A stretch of 64,000 bases of DNA from an uncultured Clostridia bacterium (GTDB lineage: Bacteria; Bacillota; Clostridia; Christensenellales; UBA1242). A model generated the notes under the pieces. The model worked only from the letters and a program-made list of their open reading frames with translations, ran no database searches and was not told where the DNA came from. Positions 24,301-32,426 of this stretch are shown one piece after another. The stretch is taken from positions 20,822 through 84,821 of the forward strand of contig CANRHL010000001.1 of the NCBI GenBank assembly GCA_947630405.1, written 5' to 3'. Both the position numbers and the translations under genes were made by a program. Positions within the stretch are counted from its first letter, which is position 1; each line of letters begins with the position of its first letter.

Positions 24301-27095
24301 CATATAAGATTGCGGAACATTGCTTAAATTTGCAAACAATAAACATTTATGATGAAGTTGAAGATGGGGATAAAACTAGGCGTGTTTTAAATAAGGCGGA
24401 CACTATTGCAGCGAGAGAAAAACAACGAAAATTGGAACAAGAATTTAAGAATTGGATTTTTGATGACCCCGAACGAAGAAACGATTTAGTACAAAAATAC
24501 AATGAAACCTTTAACAATACACGATTGCAAAACTATAATGGGGATTATCTAACATTCCCAGAAATGAACCCGTGTATTGAACTTAAAAAACACCAAAAAG
24601 ATGCGGTAGAAAGAATAATAACAAGTGGCAACACTTTACTTCACCACGTGGTTGGTGCAGGCAAAACCTTTGAAATTGCCGCCGCTGCTATGAAATTGCG
24701 ACAATATGGTTTAGCACACAAACCTATGATAGTTGTGCCTAATCACTTGGTTATGCAATGGACACGAGAATTTAAGCACTTATACCCTAATGCTAATGTT
24801 TTAATGGCAACTAAAAAGGATTTAGAGAAAAACAATAGATTAAAGTTTGTTAGCCGAGTTGCCACAGGAGATTGGGATGCGGTGGTTATAGCTTCTAGCA
24901 GTTTTGAAAAAATACCTTTATCCAAAGAAAGGCAAGAAAAGAAAATAAATGAAGAACTTTTAGCAATTGAAACTGCTTTGTTAGAGGCAAAGGAAGAAAA
25001 CAACCGATTATCCATTAAAAATTTAGAACGTTCAAAGAAAAATAAAGAAGCGGTTTTAAAGAAACTGACCGATGGTAGCACAAAAGATAGTTTAATTAAG
25101 TTTGAAGATTTAGGTGTAGATTATTTGTTTGTTGATGAAGCACACAAATATAAGAACAAGTTTATATTCACAAAAATGAATAATGTGGCAGGCATTTCAA
25201 AGGCAATGTCATTAAGGGCAACCGACCTAGATATGAAATGTGAATATATAAACGATGTGCACCACTCCAACAAAGGTGTAGTGTTCGCCACAGGTACACC
25301 AATCTCAAACTCTATGGTGGAAATGTTTACAATGCAATCATATATGCAACGCCACGAATTGGAAGAAGCAGGCCTTAACTATTTTGACGCTTGGGCAGCA
25401 GCGTTTGGGGAAACTCAAACCGCACTTGAACTTGCACCAAGTGGCAATGGTTATAGAACTAAAACGAGATTTGCAAAGTTTACAAATTTGCCAGAACTTA
25501 TGAAAATGTATAGAAGCTTTGCTGATGTTAAAACAGCGGATATGTTGCATTTGCCAACACCGAAAGCAAACAAGATTGTTATAACCGCGAAACCATCACA
25601 AGACATTTTAAGGTTAAACGAAGTTATACAAGAACGCGCAGAAAAAATAAATGATGGAAATGTTTCGCCTAAAGAGGACAATATGCTAAAAATTACAAGT
25701 GATGGCAAAAAATTAGCACTAGACCCGCGCTGTTTTGATGAAACAAGCGAAGATGAAGAAGAAAATAAAGTTAACTTGTGTGTAAACAATGTTTTTAATA
25801 TATGGGAAAAGACCAAAGACAAACGCAGTACACAAGTTATTTTTTGTGATATGTCCACACCAAAATATGCTTTTAAAGATTATGTCCCAAAAGAGAATTT
25901 TGATATTTACAACGATATTAAAAGCAAATTGGTTGCAAAAGGCATACCAGAAAATGAAATTCGCTTTATACACGAAGCGAAAACTGACCTACAAAAACAA
26001 AATTTATTTGATGAAGTTTCTAACGGAAATGTTCGTGTTATTATTGGCTCTACTGAAAAATGCGGTGCAGGAACAAACATACAGGGCAAACTTATTGCCC
26101 TACACCATTTAGACACGCCTTATAGACCAAGTGATTTGCAACAACGAGAAGGCAGAATTGTAAGGCAAGGCAACTCTAATGATGAAGTGTATATTTACAC
26201 CTATGTAACCGAAAGAACATTTGATAGTTATTCTTATCAAATATTGGAAAACAAGCAAAAGTTTATTGCTCAAATTGACAATGGGGATTTAACCGTAAGG
26301 GAAGCAAGTGATATTGACGAAACAACACTCTCTTATGCCGAGATTAAAGCAATTACAACTGCCAATCCGAAGATTAAGCAAAAAATGGAATTGGAACAAG
26401 AATTGCAAAGATTGCACACCCTAGAAGCACAATATAGGAACAATAAATATACTTTGCAAGATAAGATTACAAAATTTTTGCCACAACGAATAGCAATTAC
26501 AAAGAACAACATTGAAAACTTAACTGCGGATATACCTTTGCGAAATGCAAATAAAAAAGCAGATTTTTTTATGCAACTAGGCAATAAAACTTATGATGAA
26601 CGAAAGGCAGCAGGCGAAATGCTTGTTAACGCAGTTAATTCTAACAAATACAACAATGTTGCAATAGGCAAAATTTGCGGATTTGAAATTGTCCCTTTGC
26701 CACGAGGGGCGCTTGTGGACAATAGACAAGTACAATTGGTTGGAAAAGGCAAATACACGGTGGATATTTCTACAAGTGATGTTGGTAGCATAACAAGAAT
26801 TGAAAACTTTTTATCTGGTATGGAAGATAAATTGAAAGATTATAAAGAACTAGAAATTGATTTGAACAACCAATTAAATTCTGCCAAGATAGAAGTTGAA
26901 AAACCTTTTGAATATGCCGAACAAATTAGTCAAATGACAAATGAACTTGCCGAACTAGACGCCGAGTTGGACTTAAATAAAAAGGAAGAGCCAATTGTTA
27001 CCGATGATGAAGAACTACAAAAAGAAAAAGAGCCAGAAATAGTGGAAGATGAAAACGAAGATTATGATGAAGAAACTGACGATATGGAGATGTAA
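21324..27095 (+). CDS. polyvalent protein: ArdC-N-like domain + N6-adenine DNA methyltransferase + SNF2/DEAD-box helicase
   Basis: ILEPAAGTGNF (SAM motif I), ITNVPFG (motif IV), VVGAGKTF (Walker A), FVDEAHKYKN (DEAH), QQREGRIVRQGN (helicase motif VI). Confidence 0.9.
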   Translation: MTEQAVANDLIENILDNTIYLANFFKFRVNNPAFNFAQAMQIITRNPHASICKSFDEWNALNRRIIRNSKALTFIDENNPSKKRYVFDIDQTYGVDYPPKTYPMDNHLVAEIDQINDIESENTTNNYYNLLDVINQFNAENGYTKENKTENQYLNRFIAIYLNATFVNSIKVPAEVDFEELDTNKKIDLCEEAEEIAKEITNSILQIRRENEKSKLQSNRESSTIRPIRYNGIELSKNNSTEQISILDDDGNFVRLFVEDTNSMQPNATEIVKEIPQEYETNIELYGEITPRTNELRDSGRIDNPQDNLQYLNYKLTEKDFEKIGGAKTKYKDNVAAIKLVRQLDEENRNPTQEEQAILAKYVGWGGIPQVFDENNENWQKEYAELKELLSTKQYELAKSSTLTAHFTSKTIIDGIYNALSNMGFTKGTILEPAAGTGNFIGLVPDSFDKTKISGVEIDEITGKIAKYLYPQSNIQITGFENTNFKDNQFDSVITNVPFGAYKVYDRDYDKFNFFIHDYFIAKSIDKIKPNGICAVITSKGTMDKLSSSFRKYVADRAELLGAIRLPNNAFKENAGTEVTADILFFKKRGTMIDSQDSWIYVGKNENDIPLNEYFIDHPEMVLGTMKQGASMYGGADETYCEADDRPLDIALSQAIANLPKEIYQAQVVVEEEKNEDVLPADYNIRNYCYSMKNDKVYMRVDDQMILQNIAKTNIDRFRRMIEIRDKVRFILQRQIDNCSDDELLHEQTNLNTLYDNFVKKYGYLNSKHNRNLFRQDADYPLLISLENYDEHNKTATKTDIFSKRTIRIHERVKTANDAQEALQISKNELGKVDLRYIEQLTGLDYDTVVENLKNSIFKNPLAETFNTEEDIKYVGWETADEYLSGNVKQKLRIAKRAAQDNPMYNVNVEALEETQPEDIPASDISVRLGATWIDKKYYEQFLGEKFKVNNYYRDEIKVEYNRFDGSWAISAPSWIKSNIESTSIYGTNRMNAYKIAEHCLNLQTINIYDEVEDGDKTRRVLNKADTIAAREKQRKLEQEFKNWIFDDPERRNDLVQKYNETFNNTRLQNYNGDYLTFPEMNPCIELKKHQKDAVERIITSGNTLLHHVVGAGKTFEIAAAAMKLRQYGLAHKPMIVVPNHLVMQWTREFKHLYPNANVLMATKKDLEKNNRLKFVSRVATGDWDAVVIASSSFEKIPLSKERQEKKINEELLAIETALLEAKEENNRLSIKNLERSKKNKEAVLKKLTDGSTKDSLIKFEDLGVDYLFVDEAHKYKNKFIFTKMNNVAGISKAMSLRATDLDMKCEYINDVHHSNKGVVFATGTPISNSMVEMFTMQSYMQRHELEEAGLNYFDAWAAAFGETQTALELAPSGNGYRTKTRFAKFTNLPELMKMYRSFADVKTADMLHLPTPKANKIVITAKPSQDILRLNEVIQERAEKINDGNVSPKEDNMLKITSDGKKLALDPRCFDETSEDEEENKVNLCVNNVFNIWEKTKDKRSTQVIFCDMSTPKYAFKDYVPKENFDIYNDIKSKLVAKGIPENEIRFIHEAKTDLQKQNLFDEVSNGNVRVIIGSTEKCGAGTNIQGKLIALHHLDTPYRPSDLQQREGRIVRQGNSNDEVYIYTYVTERTFDSYSYQILENKQKFIAQIDNGDLTVREASDIDETTLSYAEIKAITTANPKIKQKMELEQELQRLHTLEAQYRNNKYTLQDKITKFLPQRIAITKNNIENLTADIPLRNANKKADFFMQLGNKTYDERKAAGEMLVNAVNSNKYNNVAIGKICGFEIVPLPRGALVDNRQVQLVGKGKYTVDISTSDVGSITRIENFLSGMEDKLKDYKELEIDLNNQLNSAKIEVEKPFEYAEQISQMTNELAELDAELDLNKKEEPIVTDDEELQKEKEPEIVEDENEDYDEETDDMEM

Positions 27096-27098
27096 AAA

Positions 27099-27428
27099 AT
27101 GAATTATGACGAATACGAAAACCTTGTAAATGTGGTTGACCAAGAAGTTTTAGAGTATAGAAGAAATATGGTGCAGCATAGTGGACTTTATGTTTTTGAC
27201 CAAGCCAAGATTATTTATGCTTTTAACTTTATTGCGGATTGTTTAAGGGATTTTGACATTGCCGAGAAAATAGACAAGAAATTGCTACCTAGAAGAAATA
27301 TAGTTGCAAACCTAACCGATTTTTACCTTTTAAACCACACTGAAATTAGCGAAACTGATTTTGTGGATATGTTTGACTATCAAAAGGAAGATTTGTTAGA
27401 CATTTTTAGCGAGCATACCGAAATGTGA
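27099..27428 (+). CDS. hypothetical protein (109 aa)
   Basis: Coupled to neighbours; no family recognised with confidence. Confidence 0.45.
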   Translation: MNYDEYENLVNVVDQEVLEYRRNMVQHSGLYVFDQAKIIYAFNFIADCLRDFDIAEKIDKKLLPRRNIVANLTDFYLLNHTEISETDFVDMFDYQKEDLLDIFSEHTEM

Positions 27429-27435
27429 GGGTTAT

Positions 27436-28404
27436 GTGGAACAATACGAAATTGATAATCTCTTAACCAATTTACAAAATTATTTAGAAAAACGCGGATA
27501 TGATACAAGCAGGTTTATGAATTGCATAAACCCCAACCATACCGACAACAAACCATCAATGAAATATTTTAAAGATAATAAAGTTTATTGTTTTGGTTGT
27601 GGTGCAAGTTATGACTTGTTTGATTGCATTTCTATTTTAGAAAATGTAAACAACAAAGAAGCATTCAAACGAGCAATAGAATATTATGGTGGCAGTGCCA
27701 CGAAATTAAAACCAATTACACAACAAACAAAAAGGAAGGAAGATTATGTTCAAAAAACTGAAAGAAGCTATGAAAAAGCTTTTCAAATTTGGAAAGAAAA
27801 CCTCAAAAGACAACAACGAGCCAGACAATACTTAACTGATAGAGGCATTACATTAAAAACCATACAAAAATTTAATCTAGGTTTTAACACTTTTAACTTT
27901 AAAGATTATTCATTTAGCGGAATAATCATACCAATAAATTCTAGTTGCTTTACTGCCCGCAACATAGATAAAACTAGCGAAAACCGATATTACAAAACAA
28001 AAGGCAGCCATATAGAAATTTTTAATGCCAACGCACTAACTAATGACCTACCCTATTGTGTTATAACAGAAGGCGAATTTGATTGTTTAAGTTTTGATAG
28101 TGTTGGCGTTAATTCTATTGCTCTTTGTAGTGTTAGCAATACAAATAAGTTTATAAATTGTGGAAAATCTAAAACAAAAACTTACATATTGGCACTAGAC
28201 AATGATGAGGCAGGACAAAAAGCAACTTCTACCCTAATTGATTATTTTAAAGAAAACAATATCAATTATTGCGTGTTTGATAATTGCGGATACAAAGATG
28301 CTAACCAAGCACTTGTAGAAGATAAGGAATTATTTAGTAAATCCATAAAAGACATAGTTAAAGGCATAGAAAAGGAAAAAGAAAAACAAAACTTTGAAAT
28401 GTAA
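27436..28404 (+). CDS. DNA primase (CHC2 zinc finger + Toprim)
   Basis: CINPNHTDNKPSMKYF...CFGCG zinc finger; ITEGEFDCLS and ALDNDEAGQKA Toprim motifs. Confidence 0.85.
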   Translation: MEQYEIDNLLTNLQNYLEKRGYDTSRFMNCINPNHTDNKPSMKYFKDNKVYCFGCGASYDLFDCISILENVNNKEAFKRAIEYYGGSATKLKPITQQTKRKEDYVQKTERSYEKAFQIWKENLKRQQRARQYLTDRGITLKTIQKFNLGFNTFNFKDYSFSGIIIPINSSCFTARNIDKTSENRYYKTKGSHIEIFNANALTNDLPYCVITEGEFDCLSFDSVGVNSIALCSVSNTNKFINCGKSKTKTYILALDNDEAGQKATSTLIDYFKENNINYCVFDNCGYKDANQALVEDKELFSKSIKDIVKGIEKEKEKQNFEM

Positions 28405-28413
28405 GGAGAACAA

Positions 28414-28806
28414 ATGGATTTTATTGATGAATATTTAGACCACGAATTTGCTTCTAGTGTTGGAAGAACACCAGAATATGCAACATTTGAAAGGAAATAC
28501 AAGAACTATCTTAAAACACACTTGCCAAGTGGATATTCAATCCACGAATTTATTAAAAGCCATTTTGAATTTAGTTGTGTTATTAAATCCGATGACAATA
28601 AATTCTTTTATTTAAGCATACCAGATGTTAGATATGTTGTAAATGGGTGGAAAGAAAAGGTGCTTATTAGAACTATGGCGCACGATAAAGATTGGACAGG
28701 CGGACAAAATTATTTTATTGATATTACAAACTTAAAAGAAAGTTTGCAGGCACTTCACGCAAAAGGCCATATTTCTTTTAGGCGAGAATATGAAAGCGAG
28801 ATGTAA
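28414..28806 (+). CDS. hypothetical protein (130 aa)
   Basis: AAGGAG RBS; no family recognised. Confidence 0.45.
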   Translation: MDFIDEYLDHEFASSVGRTPEYATFERKYKNYLKTHLPSGYSIHEFIKSHFEFSCVIKSDDNKFFYLSIPDVRYVVNGWKEKVLIRTMAHDKDWTGGQNYFIDITNLKESLQALHAKGHISFRREYESEM

Positions 28807-28812
28807 GAATTT

Positions 28813-29925
28813 ATGCAACAACTATCAATTTTTGATGAGTTGGGGGATGAATTTAAAGAATATAAAGCAATAAAAAGCAACGATTGGTTATGGAGTTTTA
28901 AAGATTATCCACAAAAAAATGGATTAAAAGTGTTTAGTTGTTTTGCAGGTGGTGGTGGCTCTACTATGGGATATAAACTTGCAGGTTATGATGTTATAGG
29001 TTGTTTAGAGATAGACAAAAGAATGAATAACATTTACAAGTTAAACCACAATCCAAAATACAATTTTCTTATGGATATACGAGAATTTAACAATACACCT
29101 AACAACGAATTGCCAAAAGAATTGTTTGACTTGGATATTTTAGATGGCAGCCCACCCTGCACAACATTTTCAATTTGCGGAAAACGAGAAGCAACTTGGG
29201 GAAAATTGAAAAAGTTTAAAGAGGGACAAAAAGAACAAACACTTGATGACCTACCCTTCATTTTCATTGAAACGGTAGACAAATTAAAACCTAAATTTGT
29301 TGTTATGGAAAATGTGGAAGGATTAACACAGGGCAATGCTTGGAGATATGTTCAAAGAATTTATGCTAGTTTTAAAAAAATTGGATATAAAGTTAAGCAT
29401 TGGTTGTTAAAGGGCGAATTTATGGGCATACCACAAGCACGCCATAGAATATTCTTCATAGCAACAAAATTAGATATTGATTTAGACAAAATCAATATGG
29501 CATTTAACTATAAACCAATCTTATTTAAAGAGATAAAAAGTAAAAAAGGACTACCCTTACCCAAATGGGTTGAAAAACTTGCAGAGAACGCTAAATATGG
29601 CGAGAGAAATTTAGAAAATGCAAGTTTAAGATTGCGAGGCAAGGCGTCTTTTTTTAATTATTGCTTTGTGTATGATGACAAAATTTCGCCAACTCTCACA
29701 GCAAGAGCAAATTTAATTAGGTGGGACACTAAAAACTTTTTATCCAAGCAAGATATGTTAAGCGTTTCGACATTCCCACAAGATTTTAAATTTATAAATG
29801 AAGCACCAGACCAAATGGGATTTGTTTGTGGAATGAGTGTTCCGCCAATAATGATAAAGCGAATTGCGGAAAGATTATACCCATATTTAATAGACAACGA
29901 ATTAAGGAGTGAAAATGGACAATAG
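28813..29925 (+). CDS. DNA (cytosine-5)-methyltransferase, orphan (no adjacent endonuclease seen)
   Basis: FSCFAGGGGS (motif I), GSPPCTTFS (motif IV), ENVEGL (VI), QARHRIFF (VIII), GMSVPP (X). Confidence 0.9.
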   Translation: MQQLSIFDELGDEFKEYKAIKSNDWLWSFKDYPQKNGLKVFSCFAGGGGSTMGYKLAGYDVIGCLEIDKRMNNIYKLNHNPKYNFLMDIREFNNTPNNELPKELFDLDILDGSPPCTTFSICGKREATWGKLKKFKEGQKEQTLDDLPFIFIETVDKLKPKFVVMENVEGLTQGNAWRYVQRIYASFKKIGYKVKHWLLKGEFMGIPQARHRIFFIATKLDIDLDKINMAFNYKPILFKEIKSKKGLPLPKWVEKLAENAKYGERNLENASLRLRGKASFFNYCFVYDDKISPTLTARANLIRWDTKNFLSKQDMLSVSTFPQDFKFINEAPDQMGFVCGMSVPPIMIKRIAERLYPYLIDNELRSENGQ

Positions 29926-30562
29926 AACATTAACTGCAAAAGAAATAAAGAAATTTTTTGAAAATTGTAAAGGCCATAAATTTGAATGTTTTTATAAAAT
30001 GGTGTTTGCTTATAGATTGTCGCGCTATGAAATGTTAAATTTGCAATGGGAAGATATAAATTTTGACAATGATACAATTACAATCTACCCCGTTAAGTAT
30101 GTTATAGACCACAAGCGAGCAAAGAACTATTGGCAAAAATATAAAAATACTGAATTTGGTAGAACTTACCCTTTGTTGCCAGATATTAGAAATTTGCTTA
30201 TCAAACGAATGGAAAAGCAAATGGAAAATTCTAAAAATGAAAATTTCAATGCGGACAACACAAAATATGTTTGTATAGATAAAAATGGCAAACTTATCAA
30301 TGCGAACACTTTAAGCAGAAATTTAAAATACATAACCAAGAAAGCAAAACTACCAACTATTTTAATTTCGGACTTGAAACATAGTGCGGAAGATTTTTTC
30401 TTTAAGAAAACAACAAGCATTGACTTTTATAGGTGTTGGACACGCGCCGACATTTTGCAAAGACAAGAAAATGTTTATGGCGATTTTAATTTATTAAGAG
30501 GCAAAAGATTTGTTAAAGAGTTAGACAATTTAATTTCAAACGAGAGAGAACTCGAAATGTGA
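29915..30562 (+). CDS. tyrosine-recombinase catalytic-domain paralog with degenerate active site and no N-terminal DNA-binding domains
   Basis: Aligns by eye to the C-terminal half of the adjacent integrase. Arg I (YRLSRYE) and a Tyr (NVYGDF) are kept, but HDLRHS is replaced by SDLKHS. Confidence 0.55.
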   Translation: MDNRTLTAKEIKKFFENCKGHKFECFYKMVFAYRLSRYEMLNLQWEDINFDNDTITIYPVKYVIDHKRAKNYWQKYKNTEFGRTYPLLPDIRNLLIKRMEKQMENSKNENFNADNTKYVCIDKNGKLINANTLSRNLKYITKKAKLPTILISDLKHSAEDFFFKKTTSIDFYRCWTRADILQRQENVYGDFNLLRGKRFVKELDNLISNERELEM

Positions 30563-30569
30563 GGTTGCT

Positions 30570-30779
30570 ATGAAAAGTTATGAATTATGCAAATGTATGT
30601 TTACTGAATATCCAGATTGCGTTGGTGTGCAAGAACTTATGCAAATGTTGGGTATAAAGAAAACAAAAACTTATGAATTGCTACAAAGTGGAGAAATAAA
30701 AGCAAAAAAGATTGGAAAAGATTATAAAATTTCAAAAGTAAATGTTATTGCCTACATAATTGGAGAAGAACAATTATGA
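30570..30779 (+). CDS. xis: excisionase-family HTH DNA-binding protein
   Basis: 69 aa, VGVQELMQMLGIKKTKTYELLQSGEIKAKKIG; its stop overlaps the int start (ATGA). Confidence 0.75.
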   Translation: MKSYELCKCMFTEYPDCVGVQELMQMLGIKKTKTYELLQSGEIKAKKIGKDYKISKVNVIAYIIGEEQL

Positions 30780-32035
30780 CAGGTAGATTGGCATTAAAAA
30801 ATGGTTTATGGTATGCAGTTTTAAGTTATAAAGATGAAAACAACCAATTTAAGCAAAAATGGATAAATACTCATTTAAAAGAACGCGGAAATAAAAAAGA
30901 AGCTCAAAAGATTTTAAATGAACAACTGCAAACATTTAATCCACACGAAGAAAAACCAAAACAAAATGAAACTAAAACCGAAGATATACTTTTAGTTGAC
31001 TATGTCGAAAAAGTTTTTAATGAAAAAAGCAGCAGTTTAAGCCCTATAACAGCTAGTGCTTATGAATCAATAATTAAAATTATCAAATTATATTTCAAAG
31101 ATGATTTGCTAAAAGATATAACCTATAAAGATATTGAAAGGTTTTATGATTATTTAAGATATGAACGCAAAGTTGGCAACACCACTGTAAAACATTACGC
31201 CAATGTTCTATCCCCTGCTTTTAGACAAGCATATAGAGATGATTTAATCCCTAAAAACCCTTTTGAATTTCTACCTAAAATTAAAAGAGATAAGCGGAGT
31301 ATTGAATTTTACAATAAAAATGAATTGGAAAAACTTTTTCAATATACCGACAACACTGATATTGGTTTGATAGTTAGAATAGCAGCATATTATGGATTTA
31401 GGCGAAGTGAAGCACTTGGACTTAAATGGAAAGCAATAGATTTTGACGCAAAAACCATAAAGGTTGAACACAAAGTTGTAAAAGTTAAGAAAATATTATA
31501 TAGGCAAAATAAACTTAAAACGGAAGCGAGCTCACGAACTTTGCCTTTAATACCAGAAATTGAACAATTATTACTCCAACGAAAGAAAGAAATTGAAAAA
31601 AACAAGACATTGTATGGAAAATCTTACAACGATAAATACAATGAATATATTTTTGTAAATGATATTGGTGATTTGATGTTGCCAGACCACATTACGCAAA
31701 AATTTAACAGAATATTAAAGCAAAACAAGTTAAAACATATTCGTTTTCACGATTTAAGACATAGTTGTGCGAGTTTACTTGTTGCGAACAATGTTCCTAT
31801 GAAAAACATACAAGAGTGGTTAGGACACGCAAATTTCAATACAACCGCCGATGTATATTCACATTTGGACTTTTCTGGGAAAGTTAAATCTGCTAATATT
31901 ATAGAAGCTCAATTGTCGGTGGGTGTTGAAGATGAAAAAGAGTTAGAAAGGGAAATTGAAGAACTAAAAAAGAAAATTCGTGAGAAAGAACAATTAAAAA
32001 AAGCTTTAAAACTTAAAGACAATGAAATGAACTAG
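30776..32035 (+). CDS. int: site-specific tyrosine integrase
   Basis: N-terminal arm-binding type domain (LWYAVLSYKDENNQFKQKWI); YGFRRSEALGLKW, KTEASSRTLPL, FHDLRHSCAS, LGHANFNTTADVYSH. Confidence 0.95.
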   Translation: MTGRLALKNGLWYAVLSYKDENNQFKQKWINTHLKERGNKKEAQKILNEQLQTFNPHEEKPKQNETKTEDILLVDYVEKVFNEKSSSLSPITASAYESIIKIIKLYFKDDLLKDITYKDIERFYDYLRYERKVGNTTVKHYANVLSPAFRQAYRDDLIPKNPFEFLPKIKRDKRSIEFYNKNELEKLFQYTDNTDIGLIVRIAAYYGFRRSEALGLKWKAIDFDAKTIKVEHKVVKVKKILYRQNKLKTEASSRTLPLIPEIEQLLLQRKKEIEKNKTLYGKSYNDKYNEYIFVNDIGDLMLPDHITQKFNRILKQNKLKHIRFHDLRHSCASLLVANNVPMKNIQEWLGHANFNTTADVYSHLDFSGKVKSANIIEAQLSVGVEDEKELEREIEELKKKIREKEQLKKALKLKDNEMN

Positions 32036-32077
32036 GCACTAATCTGCTTGGTTTTTTTATTATACGATACAAAACGG

Positions 32078-32106
32078 TTGCAAAAAACAAACCACGATGC
32101 TATACT
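32078..32106 (+). promoter_or_regulatory. outward-facing promoter near the ICE right end
   Basis: TTGCAA (32078-32083), 17-nt spacer ending in TGc, TATACT (32101-32106). Confidence 0.45.
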
Positions 32107-32119
32107 GATTTTTGCAAGA

Positions 32120-32152
32120 ATTTGTTGTGAATTTGTGAAAAATTTGTGAAAA
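32120..32152 (+). repeat. three tandem 11-nt repeats (atttgttgtga / atttgtgaaaa / atttgtgaaaa), candidate recombinase arm-type sites
   Basis: Direct reading; one-helical-turn phasing, about 90 bp beyond the int stop. Confidence 0.45.
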
Positions 32153-32266
32153 AGCACATTTTTCGGCCATTTGGGGGTTAAATTTTGTTCATTTTTTAAA
32201 GCAAAAACTCAAACCCCCAATCAACATAGAATTGATACGCACAATGGCAACTGTTTGTGGTGGAGA

Positions 32267-32299
32267 ACAAAAAAAGTTTCAGCAATAATTTGCTGAAAC
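32267..32299 (-). terminator. intrinsic terminator downstream of tRNA-Arg
   Basis: gtttcagca / tgctgaaac stem, with an A-run on the plus strand (T-run on the minus strand). Confidence 0.65.
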
Positions 32300-32320
32300 C
32301 CCCTATAAAATAGGTGTTTT

Positions 32321-32397
32321 TGGTGCACCCAGAGGGATTCGAACCCCCGGCCTCCGCGTCCGTAGCGCGGCGCTCTATCCAGCTGGGCTATGAGTGC
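32321..32397 (-). tRNA. tRNA-Arg (anticodon ACG)
   Basis: Reverse complement GCACTCA TA GCCCAGCTGGATAGAGC G CCGCG CTACGGA CGCGG AGGCC GGGGGTTCGAATCCCTC TGGGTGC A CCA. Confidence 0.95.
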
Positions 32398-32426
32398 ATA
32401 TTAAGATAATTGTGATATTTTTTTAA

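Larger units (their letters stand above)
3191..32270 (+). mobile_element. integrative conjugative element (about 29 kb; tyrosine integrase + Xis + relaxase + T4SS); ends approximate
   Basis: Contiguous co-oriented module set from 3.2 to 32.0 kb bounded on the right by tRNA-Arg and its terminator. No clean att direct repeat was found by eye. Confidence 0.6.

Noticed and set aside
27415-30565. The recurrent gene-end motif GAAATGT(G/A)AGG, giving ...EM-stop at 27423-27433, 28399-28409 and 30554-30564, with a weaker version at 28798.
   Set aside because: It is most simply explained by stop codons embedded in the Shine-Dalgarno sequence of the next coupled gene. Three copies are too few to claim a specific signal.
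32059-32169. A minus-strand 36-aa ORF (MAEKCAFSQIFHKFTTNSCKNQYSIVVCFLQPFCIV) in the ICE right-end region.
   Set aside because: It has no SD, and it spans the tandem 11-nt repeats and the promoter-like hexamers. It is probably non-coding.
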